DNA of 62,193 nt, the filler included, from Chiloscyllium plagiosum (lineage: Eukaryota): the NCBI RefSeq assembly GCF_004010195.1. It is 7 parts of one record of this genome, joined end to end, with 100 filler letters (N's around TTAATTAATTAA, not from the genome) between each part and the next. Parts side by side here need not be neighbours in the genome. Positions count along the whole stretch, not along the records: positions 20,707 to 27,807 come from NC_057710.1; positions 27,908 to 35,826 come from NC_057710.1; positions 35,927 to 43,307 come from NC_057710.1; 4 more parts are not named here. One strand, written 5' to 3'. Below, in pieces: positions 24,184 through 37,430 of this stretch. A model generated the notes under the pieces. It did no database searches. It saw only the letters and a program-made list of their open reading frames with translations, and was not told where the DNA came from. Within the stretch, counting starts at the first letter, position 1, and the number at the start of each line of letters is the position of its first letter. The position numbers and the translations under genes were made by a program.

Positions 24184-26460
24184 AGTGGATCACAGTTTCA
24201 TAATAAGGAGTGGTCCATTTAAGACAAAAGACAGAAGATGGAGTGATTTCTTTTTCTTACAATAGTGGTGGGAGTCTTTGAAATTCTCTTCATGAAGATG
24301 TGGTAAAAGCAGAGTCATTGAATATTTGTGAGGCGTTGGTGAAAAGATTCTCGTCAAATGAAAATAAATAAAGCAGTTGATTGGCTCAGAAAAAGTTTTA
24401 AGGAGGAATTTAAATGATGAAAGGAAGAGAGCAGTCAGGTTTAGAGAAGGAGTTTTAGAGGACAGGCAAAGCCATCAATGGAAGTGTGTAGGTGAGAGTT
24501 GAATAATGGATTAAAATTGGAGGGTTGGGTATTTTCTGTGGTGGTTTAATTGTTAAGGTTAAGATATTTGTTGCCACCATAACAATATTATCAATTGATA
24601 AATGGAACGGCCACATGGATTATTCTTAAGAGGCAGATTGTAAATGGGGAAAAGGAAATAAATAAGGACAGATCCTTTTGAGACTGCAGAGGTGACATTT
24701 GGTGGGGAGAATAGGTTTTGTAAGAGAAGAGATGGCTTGTTTTTATTGAGGAGACATCGGGATTGGTCTTACGTGTGGAAACCAAGTCAATACTGCACTA
24801 GGTATCAGACAGAGGCTTAGAAATCTCCCTCCTCCAAGGCAGCTGAGCACTGGATTTGTGATAGAGGTGCCTCTAGGTCTGTACCCTTCTTCAATTCAGG
24901 TTTTCTCCAGCTGGTCATGTAAACAGTATTTATTTATTTATGAGCTTCCATTTAAGAATGGAAGCAAAGTGGCCAACAGAGTTTTGTAAACATGCCTTCA
25001 GCACACAAATTTCCAATGGAATAAATTTATTTTGGTAACTGCTTTCATTTTTTTTCTCCCTTGTTGTCTTGGTCGGATTCACCTTTATGTTTCCTGTAGT
25101 CCTTCTGTAATCGATCCAAATGACTATTCTTTAATTGTATGTGAACAGTTTTTTTATGACAGTAAGAGGTAACAGAATCAAGATGGCCCACCCAATAGAA
25201 GTCATTGAATCGGATGGTCAATAAATTCAGTTTTTCAAACCTTAATCACATTCTGAGGACAACTATTTAATAAAAGACAGTAGGAATTACTGGATGTTGT
25301 TTCTACTCCCTTGTTTAGAGAATGTGGTGCTATTAATTCCAGCCCTACTAAGATTGAGAACTTTTAACCACAGAAAAGTCCTGTCAATACACAGCTCACA
25401 TGTAAGCTGACACAAAGGTTCAAGAGCAATATTAAATTACACTAGACAGTCAGGAAAATCCCAAATACTTAGCTTTCAACTCACGCTTGATAGACATAAG
25501 TTTGACTTTTGCTAATTGTTTACTGTGGTGGTCAGTTCTGAACATATTCACAAGAGGCTGCCAATGTACTTTAATAAAAGAACATAAAGGTTAATGATAC
25601 ACAAAAAGAAAAATAATAACCACTGTACAAGAATTGCTAGAAATGACCTTATTATAAATATCAAAAATAAATATTCAGCCCTTTTATCTCAATAACAACC
25701 TAACAGACACTCTGACCTCAGTTTCATGCCTACAAATTTCTGCATTCACTTAATACTATTTTCTTCAGTTAATGTCTCTTCCTGGTACCTCAGCTCACTT
25801 GTTATTTAATATGTTTTTAAACTAATTGTTTCAATAGCCTTCTGTTTCTGGAGCTTTTCTCTTATTGACTTTAAAGATATTCGAGATTTATTTTCATCCC
25901 AAACTAATCTGGACTCTCTAAACTAATAGCAGCTGTAATCTCTGACTGAATCTACAATCTTCCTGATTGTCTGGATGGTTCATCTTCCTGTGTTACTGGG
26001 CTGAATTTACTAAGTATAGCATTTATTTTTTCTCTCCCTCTTTAGTTAATGCACTGAACTTTTCACTCAAGGGAATTTAAACACCTGATTTGAATGTATG
26101 TAAACAGTTATCCACATGTCCAACAATCTCTCAAAAAACACAAAATATGTTGCCACCGTCTTAATACACGATATAGAAATACAATGCCAACACAAATCTT
26201 AAAGCTTTAAATTGTTCTTTCACTTTGAAATCGAAGTTACCAAATAATATGTCATATTCACTCTGTACACTTTTCTGCATAAAAATTTGGAAAGGTATCT
26301 TTAAGAGGCATTTATATGTTTCTATTAGTTTTCTCTGATCAAGATATCTATTCTTCTTATACTAATTTTGCTTTGACAGTAACAATATATTTTCATTAAA
26401 TTAGAAAAAGGACATTCCATAACAATTACATTCTGCCCAAATCCACTATGATCATGACAA

Positions 26461-26714
26461 AAAACTGAAAGAACTGCGGTTGCTGGAAACCTAAAACAAA
26501 AACAAATATTGCTGTAAAATCCCTGGAGGTCTGGTAGCATATGTGAAGAGAAATCAAAGTTAACATTTCGGGTCACACAGCATGGAAACAGACCCTTTGA
26601 TCCAACCATCCACCATTTCCTCGGGAAATTCATTTCACACACAAACCATGCTTTATGTTAAAAGATAGCCCCTCATTTTTTAAGTCTTTCTCCCCAGTGA
26701 CTCTTCCTCAGAAC
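26461..26714 (-). mobile_element. Old PLE pLTR split by a short CR1 3' remnant (26575-26694)
   Basis: ttaacatttcgggtc | insert | cagtgactcttcctcagaac rejoins into the pLTR seen at 14006-14036 and 36750-36782. Confidence 0.6.
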
Positions 26715-27807
26715 ACATAGAACATAGAACATAGAACAATACAGCACAGAACAGGCCCTTCGGCCCACGATGTTGTGCCGAACTTCTCACCTAGATTAAG
26801 TACCCATCCATGTACCTATCCGAATGCCGCTTAAAGGTCGCCAATGATTCCGACTCCACCACTCCCACGGGCAGCGCATTCCATGCCCCCACCACTCTCT
26901 GGGTAAAGAACCCACCCCTGACAGCTCCCCTATACCTCTCACCCTTCACCTTAAATTTATGTCCCCTTGTAACACTCTGTTGTACCTGGGGAAAAAGTCT
27001 CTGACTGTCTATTCCCCTGATCATCTTATAAACCTCTATCAAGTCACCCCTCATCCTTCGCCGTTCCAATGAGAACAGGTCTATCACTCTCAACCTATCC
27101 TCGTACGACCTATTCTCCATTCCAGGCAACATCCTGGTAAATCTCCTCTGCACCCTCTCCAAAGCTTCCACATCTTTCCTAAAGTGAGGCGACCAGAACT
27201 GCACACAGTACTCCAAATGTGGCCTAACCAAAGTCCTGTACAGCTGCAACATCACCTCACGACTCTTGAATTCAATCCCTCTGCTAACGAACACTAATAC
27301 ACCATAGGCCTTCTTACAAACTCTATCCACCTGAGTGGCAACCTCCAAAGATCTATGTACATAGACCCCAAGATCCCTCTGTTCCTCCACCTGACCAAGA
27401 ACCCTACCATTAACCCTGTATTCCGCATTCTTATTTGTCCTTCCAAAATAGACAACCTCACACTTGACAGGGTTGAACTCCATCTGCCACTCCTCAGCCC
27501 AGCTCTGCATCATATCTAAGTCCCTCTGCAGCCGACAACAGCCCTCCTCACTGTCCACAACTCCACCTATCTTCGTATCATCTGCAAATTTACTGACCCA
27601 CCCTTCGACTCCCTCATCTAAGTCATTAATAAAAATTACAAACAGCAGAGGACCCAAAACTGATCCCTGCGGAATTCCACTTGTAACTGGGCTCCAGGCT
27701 GAATATTTACCATCTACCACCACTCTCCGACTTCGACCAGTTAGCCAGTTTTCTATCCAATTGGCCAAATTTCCCTCTATCCCATGCCTCCTGACTTCCC
27801 GCATAAG
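26715..27807 (-). mobile_element. Young CR1, intact RT C-terminal half and (CTATGTT)n tail, cut by gap
   Basis: Uninterrupted 337-aa ORF 26791-27804 with [31 protein letters not shown]. Confidence 0.95.
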
Positions 27808-27907
27808 NNNNNNNNNNNNNNNNNNNNNNNNNNNNNNNNNNNNNNNNNNNNTTAATTAATTAANNNNNNNNNNNNNNNNNNNNNNNNNNNNNNNNNNNNN
27901 NNNNNNN

Positions 27908-28468
27908 TAAACCTCTATAAGGTCACCCCTCAGCTTCTGACGCTGCAGGGAAAACAGCCCCAGCCTGTTCAGCCTCTCCCTATAGCTCAAATCGTCCAAC
28001 CCTGGCAACATTCTTGTAAATCTTTTCTGAACCCTTTCAAGTTTCACATCTTTCCAATAGGAAGGAGACCAGAATTGCACACAATATTCCAACAATGCCT
28101 AACCAATGTCCTGTACAGCCGCAACATGACCTCCCAACCCCTGTACTCAATACTCTGACCGATAAAGGAAAGCATACCAAACGCCTTCTTCATTATCCTA
28201 TCTATCTGCGACTCCACTTTCAAGGAGCTATGAACCTGCACTCCAAGGTCTCTTTGTTCAGCAACACTCCCTTACCATTAAGTTTATAAGTCCTGCTAAG
28301 ATTTGCTTTCCCAAAGTGCAGCATTTCGCATTTATCTGAATTAAACTCCATCTGCCACTTCTCAGCCCATTGGCCCATCTGATCAAGATCCTGTTGTAAT
28401 CTGAGGTAACCTTCTTCGCTGTCCACTACACCTCCAATTTTGGCATCTTCTGCAAACTTACTAACTCT
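27908..28468 (-). mobile_element. CR1 RT fragment
   Basis: SKFAEDAK, WQMEFNSDKC, LEYCVQFWSP; frameshifted. Confidence 0.9.
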
Positions 28469-28734
28469 AACTAAAACTAATTTGAGGAATGTCTAATTCA
28501 GAATCCTCTGAACTTTGTTCTTCATTTTGTGTTGCAACCAGTAACACATTCTCCTATTGCTTTTCTTCCCTGTCAAAATACCTTTTGACCATATTCACAT
28601 AACACACTCTGAGATTTCTTTCTGTCTGGAGTCCTTATCAAATTGTTCATCTCACTCAATCTCTTTTTGACTTAATAGGGTCCACTTAACTTTGCTTTTA
28701 AAGGTTCACCTACCATTGGAAGTAAGACTAACAC

Positions 28735-29604
28735 TTAATCCCTGATAGCAAAATTGCGAGTTTTTGATTTCTTGTCTGCTTCCTGTTTCATTGTATACTG
28801 TGATACTTTTAAATGCTGTCTGGCCAGCTCCCCCACTCTATCTAACTGTCCCCTAAAATTTGACACACAGCCCAAATACGTCTCTGAATCATGATTTAAA
28901 AATTTGTCATTAATCAATTTTAGTGGTCCTTTCACTTCAAGCCCAAAAACGAATGTAAATGGACTGAATTTGGTCAATTCATTTGGTACAGCTCGGATCA
29001 TAAAAAGTACAAATGGAATTCCTTTATCCCAATCATCTGGATAGTCTTGACTATAAGCTCTCAACATGATCTTCAATGTCTGATGCCACCATTCTAGTGC
29101 TCCCTGAAATTCTGGATGGTGCGCAGTAGATTTGAATTGTTTTATTCCGAAGCTGTCCATAACTTCCTTGAATAATTTTGATGTAAAGTTTGACCCTTGA
29201 TCTGATTGTATCTCTGTGGGTAATCTGTGTCTGGTGAAAAATTTGAGTAACTCCTCTGCAATCCTTTTAACTGTGATATTGCATAATGGATTGTCCTTTG
29301 GAAATCTAGTGGACACATCCATTATTGTTAACAAATCCTGTTTCCCACTTTTTGTTTTAGGTAGGAGTTTTATGCAATCAACTAAGACTCTTGTAAAAGG
29401 TTCCTCAAATGCAGGAATGGATATTAAAGGTGCAGGTTTTATTACTGCCTGTGTTTTTCTGATTACCTGACATGTATGACATGTCTGGCAAAATTCAACT
29501 ACATCCTTGTGCAGTCCAGGCCAGTAAAAATGTTTTTGTATTTTAGCTTGAAATTTTCTTACTCCTAAATGACGTCCTACAGGTAGTTCATGTACTACTC
29601 GCAA
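28735..29604 (-). pseudogene. Retrotransposon integrase (HHCC + DDE)
   Basis: H..GRHLG..FYWPGLHKDV..CQTCHTC; VLVD, IQSDQGSNF, GALE. The GPY motif lies past an in-frame stop. Confidence 0.9.
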
Positions 29605-31132
29605 CTCCTCCTTTCTCTAACCCACTCTCCTGTTTCAACTGGTGACTTTGTGACCTCGTTACAATGCAGTCAGGAAAGATCCCATGATATGCTTCTGCAA
29701 TACCTCAGTTGCCTGAGTTTACACTGGCTTTTCAACCACAGTAGTCAGCACTCTTACCTGTGAACCAGCTATATCATTAGCAAAGACAAATTGTATTCCT
29801 GAAGCTGAGAGTTCGTCCAGTATTCCTGCCAACTTCTCCACTTTGCACTGGACACTCTGACCTCATGCTTCATAATTGAGCACTTCCTGTCTCACTGTGA
29901 ATTCCCATTACTTGCACTTTTTCTCGCAATAGTCCTTCAGAGGTACATATCTCCTAATTTTTCAACATCAAAGATTGAGATGATCCTGTATCTCCTCATC
30001 TTTCAACATCAAAGATTGAGATGATCCTGTATCTCTCAATAGGGTAGCCTTTTTACCTGCTGCTCCTGACCTATGTGAGTAAGCTTCACCTTCACAAGTA
30101 TATGGTTTAAGAACATAAGACATTTATTTCTTAACCAACCTCCGACCAGGTTGTATGTTCTAGTGCAGCTTTTTAGCTTCCAATGTGGTTTCCGTTACCA
30201 TTCAAACAAAACTCACTGGTTTATCCAGTTTTCCTATATCTGGTTTGCCAGTGCATTTCCTAACCTACCAACACTGATTTCACATGGCCTACTTTATTGC
30301 AGTGAAAACACTGGAGCTATTAACTTCTCTTTGCCCTTCAAGGGTTTCATTTTTACTCTGTGATAAGTTATCCTGATGAGCCTCACCGAGATCTACATTT
30401 CCCTTACCATGTGGGGATTTCTGTTTTCCACAATTTCTATCCCTCATGGATTGAAATTGATGTTGCAAGCCAAACTTTGATTCATGAACTAACTCATAAT
30501 CAGCAATTTCAGCTTCTAATCTTGCTCTTTTCACTCTCTGCCCTTCCACGAGTTCTTACTCCCTCAGGAAGTGAATTTTTGAACTCCTGCAAAATAATCA
30601 TCTCTCTAACAGTGTCAGAGGTTTGCTCTATTTTTAATGCCCATTGTTTGATTACTTTGTTTCATCCTTTCAAACTCAATATAGGTTTGACCTTAGATTC
30701 CTGAAACACTGTCTGTAGGCTTCTGGCACAAGTTCATATGCACTTAAAATGGCTTTCTTCACCACCTAACACGCCCCAGATACCTCCTATGATAGTGATG
30801 GGAATATCTCACTAGCTGTGCATACAAGCTTTGTTTGGATCAAAAATCTTTACATGGTCACTGGTCACTTCATTTGTTCAGCCACCTTCTCAAATGAGAT
30901 GAAAATTTAGGAAATGCTTGGAGATATTTAAACAGATTCTCACCAGGGCTTTGGTAACAATGGATTTTCTTATCCACACTAAAATTACCTTCAGCCTTCA
31001 ACACCATCCCTTTAAGCTGACTTTCCTGTCTAAGTGCCAATTTATGAAGTGCAAACTCCTTCTCTTTCTTACTTTCCTCTCTCTTCTCTTTTTGTTCTGC
31101 CAGGGCTTTTAGTTCTTTTTCTCTTTCCTCTG

Positions 31133-31394
31133 TTTTAATCGTAATTCAAACAGTTTCATTTCTTTTTCTCTTTCTTTTTCTTTTGCCTTGAACTTAAGCT
31201 GCTTCATTCTCAATTGAATTTTGGCCACCTCCAAAGATTCTGATGGCGTTTCCAGCGAATTGATTTTAATCGTAATTCAAACAGTTTCATTTCTTTTTCT
31301 CTTTCTTTTTCTTTTGCCTTGAACTTAAGCTGCTTCATTCTCAATTGAATTTTAGCCACCTCCAAAGATTCTGATGGCGTTTCCAGCAAATTGA
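31133..31394. repeat. 131-bp tandem duplication within gag
   Basis: Units 31133-31263 and 31264-31394; two mismatches seen. Confidence 0.9.
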
Positions 31395-31657
31395 GCTGAG
31401 CTATTGCTGTAATTATCTCTCCTTTCCTCACAGAAGGAGGTGGCTCCAACTCCAGCATGACTGCCAATTCCTGCAGCTTTTCCTTGTTGATCTTTTCTAA
31501 AGTCCCCACAGTCACTTCTTCTACCCCCAGAAAACTCCTGATGCCTGAAAAAGCCATTACAAAACCAACCAAATTCAACACCCGGAACAAAAGACACTAA
31601 CACCTGTTGCCTTTGAGTCTATCTTACCCTAATCCCAAATCAGAACTGGAGAATAAA

Positions 31658-33048
31658 TCAATTAAACGAATCACTAGAGGAGAAGCCTCCATTAATATCA
31701 CCATTCTCAATAATCGGGGAAGCCATCATAAATGTGCAAAAGGTAAGGCTGAAGCAGTTACAACAATCTTCAGCCAGAAGTAGTGAGTGGATGGTCCAAT
31801 TCAGCCTCTTTCAGAGGTCATCAATACGATGCCAGTCTTCAGCCAATACGACTCATTCCACATCATAGCAAGAAATAGTTGGAGGCACTGAATGTGCCCT
31901 GTCAACATTCCAATAATAGTACAGAACACTTGTGCTCCAGAACTTCCCATACCCTAGCCAAGCTATACCAGCACTGCTACAGCACTAGCATCGACCCAAC
32001 AATGTGGAAAGTTGCCCAGTTATGTCCTGTATATAAAAAGCAGGACAAGCCCAACCTAGCCAATTGCCACTCCATCAGTCTACCCCATCAGTAAAGTGAT
32101 GGTGTCATGAACAGTGCTACCAAGTAGCACCTGCTTCGCAAAACCTGCTTCGTGATGCCCAGTTTGGGTTCCACCAGAGCCACTCAGTTACTCATTACAG
32201 CCTTAGTTCAAACATGGATAAACAGCTGAATACCAGAAGTGACTTGAGATTGGCAGCCCTCAATATCAAGGAGTGTGGGATCAAGGAGCCCGAAACTGTA
32301 GTCAATGGGAATCAGAGGGAAAGTGCTCAGCTGGTTGGTGTCATACCTGGCCCTGAGAAGATGGTCACAATTGTTGAAGGTCAATCATCTTAGCTCCAGG
32401 AGATCTCTGCAGGAGTTCTTCAGGACAGAGTCCAAACCCAACCACCTTCAGCTGTTTCATTGGTGACCTTTCCTCCATCATAAATGCAGAAAATGAAATG
32501 TTCAGCACAATTCATGACTCCTCAGATACTGAAGCAGTCCATGTTCAAATGCCACAAGATCTAGACAATATCCAGGCTTGGGCCGAAAACTGGAAATAAT
32601 ATTCACGCCACAAAAATGACAGGCACTGACCATCTCCAATAGGAGACAATCTAACCACCGTCCCTTGATGTTCAATGGCACTACCTTCACCAATTCGCCC
32701 ACTATCAATATCCTGGTGGTTACCATTGACCAGAAACTGAATTAGACTAGCTGTATAAATACAGTGGCTACAAAAGTAGGCCAGATCCTAAGAATACTGC
32801 AATGAGTTACTTGAATCCTGACTCCTGAAAATCTGTTACCATCTATAAGGCACAAGATAGGAGTAAGACTCCCCACTTGCCTGGATGAGTATAGGTCCAA
32901 CAATATTCAAGAAGCTTGACACTACTGGGGCAAAGCAACCCACTTGATTGGCAGCATATCAATAAATATCCATGCCTTGCACCACCAATGCTTAATAGTA
33001 GCAGTGTATATGACCTACAAGGCGCACTACAGAAATTTACCAAAGATC
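31658..33048 (+). mobile_element. Family B CR1-group LINE RT fragment, degraded
   Basis: Collinear with 16508-17940 (PTMWKVAQLCPVYKKQDKPNLAN). Confidence 0.85.
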
Positions 33049-35826
33049 TGGGGGATGGGAAAAATTTCTGGCTGTAAGAGCTGCTCCTTTTTTTGAGGTA
33101 TTTTAGGTGTTGGAGGTGATTTCCTCGAATTCCAGGAGCAGCAATTATTGTTTTATAGATTGTTGCATTGTTTTGGAACTTTGGAAAAAAAAAGTCAAAA
33201 CAGCACTTTTAAAAGGGAGAAGAGCAGACAAAGGAAGCACATGGTGAGGACAGTGCAGGAGAGAGAGAGAGAGAAAACCTGCACAGTTTCCGCCTTTGCT
33301 GTTTGATTTCGTGTATCGCTGGACATCGGGGTGCATCTGGGAAAATTAACAACCAGTGAAATTCACAACTAATCTTGGAGGAACTGTTGGGCGAAGATCA
33401 CAGCACGGAATCAGATAAGTTATTTGTTGTTTTAAATCTGTCCAAGAGAAAGGCTGCAGTAGTGCATATAGTGGATTCTTTCTTGATTATATGCTTTTGG
33501 AGGTAAGTCTCTTGATTAAACTTAAAATACAAGCCTGGGGCTTAATTTAACCTGGGGCAGTGTTTGTAGAGGAATAAGACGGTGTTATTTTCTGGGTCTG
33601 TAGAAAATGAAGGTGCAAAAATAGTCTTTGCAGTGATATGTACTTCTTATCAGATGTGGGTTTAAAGAGAGTTTACTGCGGATTATATCTGCCATAAATG
33701 CTATTGGATGCAAATCTTATCAGATCGTGTGGATCGGTTGGAGAGACAGATAGAAGCAATGAGGAATTTGCAACAGCAACAGTCTGTGATGGATGGCAGT
33801 TATAGGAAGGGGGTAAAGTCTCAGATACAGTCACATAGATGGGTTAAAAGAGAGGTAGGCAGCTAGTGCAGGAGTCTTTTGTGGATATACCCATTTCAAA
33901 CAGGTATGCTGTTTTGGAAAATGTAGGGGGTGATGGATTCTCAGGGGAACAAAGCATGAAAAGCCAAGTTTCTGGTATTGAGACTGGCTATAATGCAATG
34001 AAGGATATGCCGGCTTCCAATTGTGTTAGGGGATTCTGTAGTCCGAGGTACAGACAGACGTTTCTGTGGCCAGCAGAGAAAAAGCAGAATGATGTGTTGT
34101 TTCTCTGGTGCCAGGATCAGAGAGGGTGCAGAATGTTCTCATGGGGGAGAGGGGCCAGCAGGAGGTCATTGTCCACATTGGAACCAATGACATAGGAAGG
34201 GAAAAGGTTGAGATTCTGAAGGGAGATTACAGAGAGTTAGGCAGAAATTTAAAAAGGAGGTCCTCAAGGGTAGTAATATCTGGATTACTCCCAGTGCTAC
34301 GAGCAAGTGAGGGCAGAAATTGGAGGAAAGAGCAGATGAACGCATGGCTGAGGAGCTGGTGTATGGGAGAAGGATTCACATTTTTGGACCACTGAAATCT
34401 CTTTTGGGGTAGACGTGGCCTGGACAAGAAGGACGGATTGCACCTAAATTGGAAGGGGACTAATATACCGGCAGGGAAATTTGCTAGAGCTGCTTGGGAG
34501 GATTTAAACTAGTAAGGTGCGTGGGTGGGACCCAGGGAGATAGTGAGGAAAGAGATCAATCTGAGACGGGCACAGCTGAGAACAGAAGTGAGTCAAGCAG
34601 TCAGGGCAGGCAGGGACAAGGTAGGACTAATAAATTAAACTTGCATTTATTTAAATGCAAGGGGCCTAACAGGGAAGGCAGATAAACTCAGGGCATGGTT
34701 AGGAACATGGGACTGGGATATCATAGCAATTACGAAAACATGGCACAGGGATGGGCAGGACTGGCAGCTTAATGTTCCAGGATACAAATGCTACAGGAAG
34801 GATAGAAAGAGAGGCAAGAGAGGAGGGGGAGTGGTATTTTTGATAAGGGATAGAATTACAGCTGTGCTGAGGGAGGATATTCCCGGAAATACATCCAGGG
34901 GATTTTAACTTTCCAAACATCGACTGGGACTTCCATAGTATTAAAGGTTTAGATGGAGAGGAATTTCTTAAGTGTGTACAAGACAACTTTCTGATTCAGT
35001 ACGTGAATGTACCTACAAGAGAAGGTGCAAAACTTGACCTACTCTTGGGAAATAAGGCTGGGCAGGTGACTGAGGTGTCAGTGGGAGAGCACTTTGGGGC
35101 CAGCGACCATAATTTTATTCGTTTTAAAATGGTGATGAAAAAGGGTATACCAGATCTAAAAGTTGAAGTTCTAAATTGGAGAAAGGCTAATTTTGACGGT
35201 ATTAGGCAAGAACTTTCGAAACCTAATTGGAGGCAGATGTTCACAGGTAAAGGGATGGCTGGAAAATGGGAAGCCTTCAGAAATGAGATAACAAGAATCC
35301 AGAGAAAGTATATTCCTGTCAGGGTGAAAGGGAAGGCTGGTAGGTATCGGGAATGCTGGATGACTAAAGAAATTGAGGGTTTGGTTAAGAAAAAGAAGGA
35401 AGCATATGTCAGGTATAGACAGGATAGATGGAGTGAATCCTTAGAAGAGTATAAAGAAAGCAGGAGTATACTTAAGCGGGAAATCAGGAGGGCAAAACGG
35501 GGAAATGAGATAGCTTTGGCAAATAGAATCAAGGAGAATCCAAAGGGTTTTAACAAATATGTTAAGGAAAAAAGGGTAACTCGGGAGAGAATAGGGCCCC
35601 TCAAAGATCAGCAAGGCGGTCTTTGTGTGGAGCCACAGAAAATGGGGGAGATACTAAACTAATATTTTGCATCAGTATTTACTGTGGAAAAGGATATGGA
35701 AGATATAGACTGTAGGGAAATAGATGGTGACATCTTGCAAAATGTCCAGATTACAGAGGAGGAAGTGCTGGATGTCTTGAAACGGGTAAAGGTGGATAAA
35801 TCCCCAGGACCTGATCAGGTGTACCC
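33049..35826 (+). mobile_element. 5'-complete CR1: 5' UTR, ORF1 (esterase), ORF2 APE/linker, cut by gap
   Basis: HIGTNDIG and DGLHLNWKG (SGNH); WDWDIIAIT, GDFNFP, PTREGAKLDL, SDHN, KSPGPDQ. Internal APE deletion near 34898. Confidence 0.9.
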
Positions 35827-35927
35827 NNNNNNNNNNNNNNNNNNNNNNNNNNNNNNNNNNNNNNNNNNNNTTAATTAATTAANNNNNNNNNNNNNNNNNN
35901 NNNNNNNNNNNNNNNNNNNNNNNNNNA

Positions 35928-36512
35928 AACTCACAACCCCCACCCCAGACAGACACACACACACAGACAGACAAAGACCCACATGCACACATATATTTTG
36001 TGTGGTGAATTTGTACTTGCAGAGTTACATTGCACTTTGCTCAAAAACAGCATACATTCATGTAGAACTCTGAGCTCAAAAACTGCATGAATTTATGTAA
36101 AACTTTTATCTCACTTTTTAGATTAGAATCAATCTAAACATCAGGTCATAGACAGAGAAGACAGGGGGCTAACACCTTCAACATATTGTCTAGCTATCAC
36201 CATTGTTAACAGCTAACACGAGAATGCAACTTTAAAAAAGCATTTTGTGATTTACACATGAAAGAAGTGAAACTATTACTGTATTCTAACAGATGAAAGG
36301 CTTAACAGACAACCAATTCTTCAATGTATAATTTCAATTACATCACACTGCAAATGTTTGCTATAAATTCTGTTATGATCCAGCCCTCCACAATCACCTG
36401 ATGAATGAGCGTCGCTCCGAAAGCTTCCAATTAAACCTGTTGGACCATAACCTGGTGTTGTGTGATTTTTAACTTTGTACACCCCAGTCCAACCCCGGCA
36501 TCTCTGAATCAT
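35928..36512 (+). mobile_element. Second-family PLE 3' UTR and pLTR with (CA)n tract and hammerhead motif
   Basis: CTGATGA-atgagcgtcgctcc-GAAA-gct at 36398-36425; pLTR tail matches 3441-3516. Confidence 0.7.
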
Positions 36513-36684
36513 AACTTATTTAAGTTTAACATAATTGTTCCTGATTCTGTTTTCTCACTATCAAACTGAATGCTTATCTCTACCATGTTATGTTCACTGT
36601 TCATGAGTGCGATCTTTTACACTGATGTCATTTATTAAATCAGCCTCATTATTCATTTCCAGATTCAAAATAGCCTGGTCCCTG

Positions 36685-37110
36685 AAACAAAAATGAATTA
36701 CTGGAGAAACTCAGCAAGTCTGGCATTATCTATGGAGAGAAAGCAGAGTCAGTATTTCAGGTCCAGTGATCCTTCTTCAGAACTGACTGTAATCAGATGT
36801 TGGTGGGTAGGTTGGGGGAGGGGGATGGAATAAACAATAGCTAGAAATTGAGCCCAGAGAGAGAGAACATAGTTGGGCAGACAAAGGAACAAATAATGGA
36901 AAGAAATGCTGCTAATGAGATCATTCATGGGTGAAAACTGGTTGGCTGTGGTGAAAGCAGCCCATATGATGATAAGGCCTGGTGTGTGGGATTGAGGAAA
37001 GACATGGAACGAAGTGCTCAGCCCTAAAATTATTGAACTCATTATGGAGTCCTGAAGGCTGCAGGGTCCCTAAGTAGAAAATGCAATGCCATTCTTCCAC
37101 TTGTGCTAAG
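36685..37110 (-). mobile_element. Old PLE 3' end (GIY-YIG C-terminus + pLTR)
   Basis: Minus strand LGTLQPSGL; CTGAAGA-aggatcactggacct-GAAA at 36755-36780. Confidence 0.7.
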
Positions 37111-37169
37111 CTTAGGGGCTAAGGTTGGAATCTGTGCAAGCTGATCCCCTGGACATAAATGGCCTGTAT

Positions 37170-37430
37170 TGAGACCAGAAAAAAACAAAAAGTCATGTAC
37201 CAGCTCATCCGATGAAGAAGTTGCAGATGAATTCTGCTACCAAGGCTCAGATGAGGACCTCAGCAGGACAGAATGCTGGAGAACACTAATGAGGATACAC
37301 ACTGACATGCTGACTTTGTTGCCCAGCCTGCAAGACTGTATCCTTCCACTGTCAGGAACAAGGAGGAGTGCTGGTCTCACTTGACAGAGGACATGGTGCA
37401 GAACTTGTCTTTTCTGCAGCGTTTGTTCCA
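37170..37430 (+). mobile_element. Possible PIF/Harbinger accessory (Myb/SANT-type) ORF remnant
   Basis: DSDED-like..LMRIHTDML..LPSL..LS..EE segment recalls shark Harbinger-associated proteins. Recall only; no diagnostic motif. Confidence 0.25.

Larger units (their letters stand above)
28470..31657 (-). mobile_element. Gmr1-like Ty3/Gypsy LTR retrotransposon internal region (gag-SCAN-CCHC-PR-INT), degraded; LTRs and RT not seen
   Basis: AILSAYELVPEAYRQCFRNLR..IILQEFKNSLPEGVR (SCAN-like), CFHCNKVGHVKS (CCHC, ~30270-30310), LLRDTGSSQSL (protease, ~30010-30042), then integrase. Confidence 0.85.

Noticed and set aside
25524..26168. Possible solo LTR or 3' LTR of the Gmr1-like element (TG...CA, AT-rich)
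   Set aside because: No TSD, no second copy and no clear PPT or terminal inverted repeat in the window; cannot be supported.
31672..31691. Possible tRNA-Pro primer-binding site for the Gypsy element (minus TGGAGGCTTCTCC)
   Set aside because: The sequence aligns with family B LINE ORF2 (compare 16508-16555), so it belongs to the inserted LINE.
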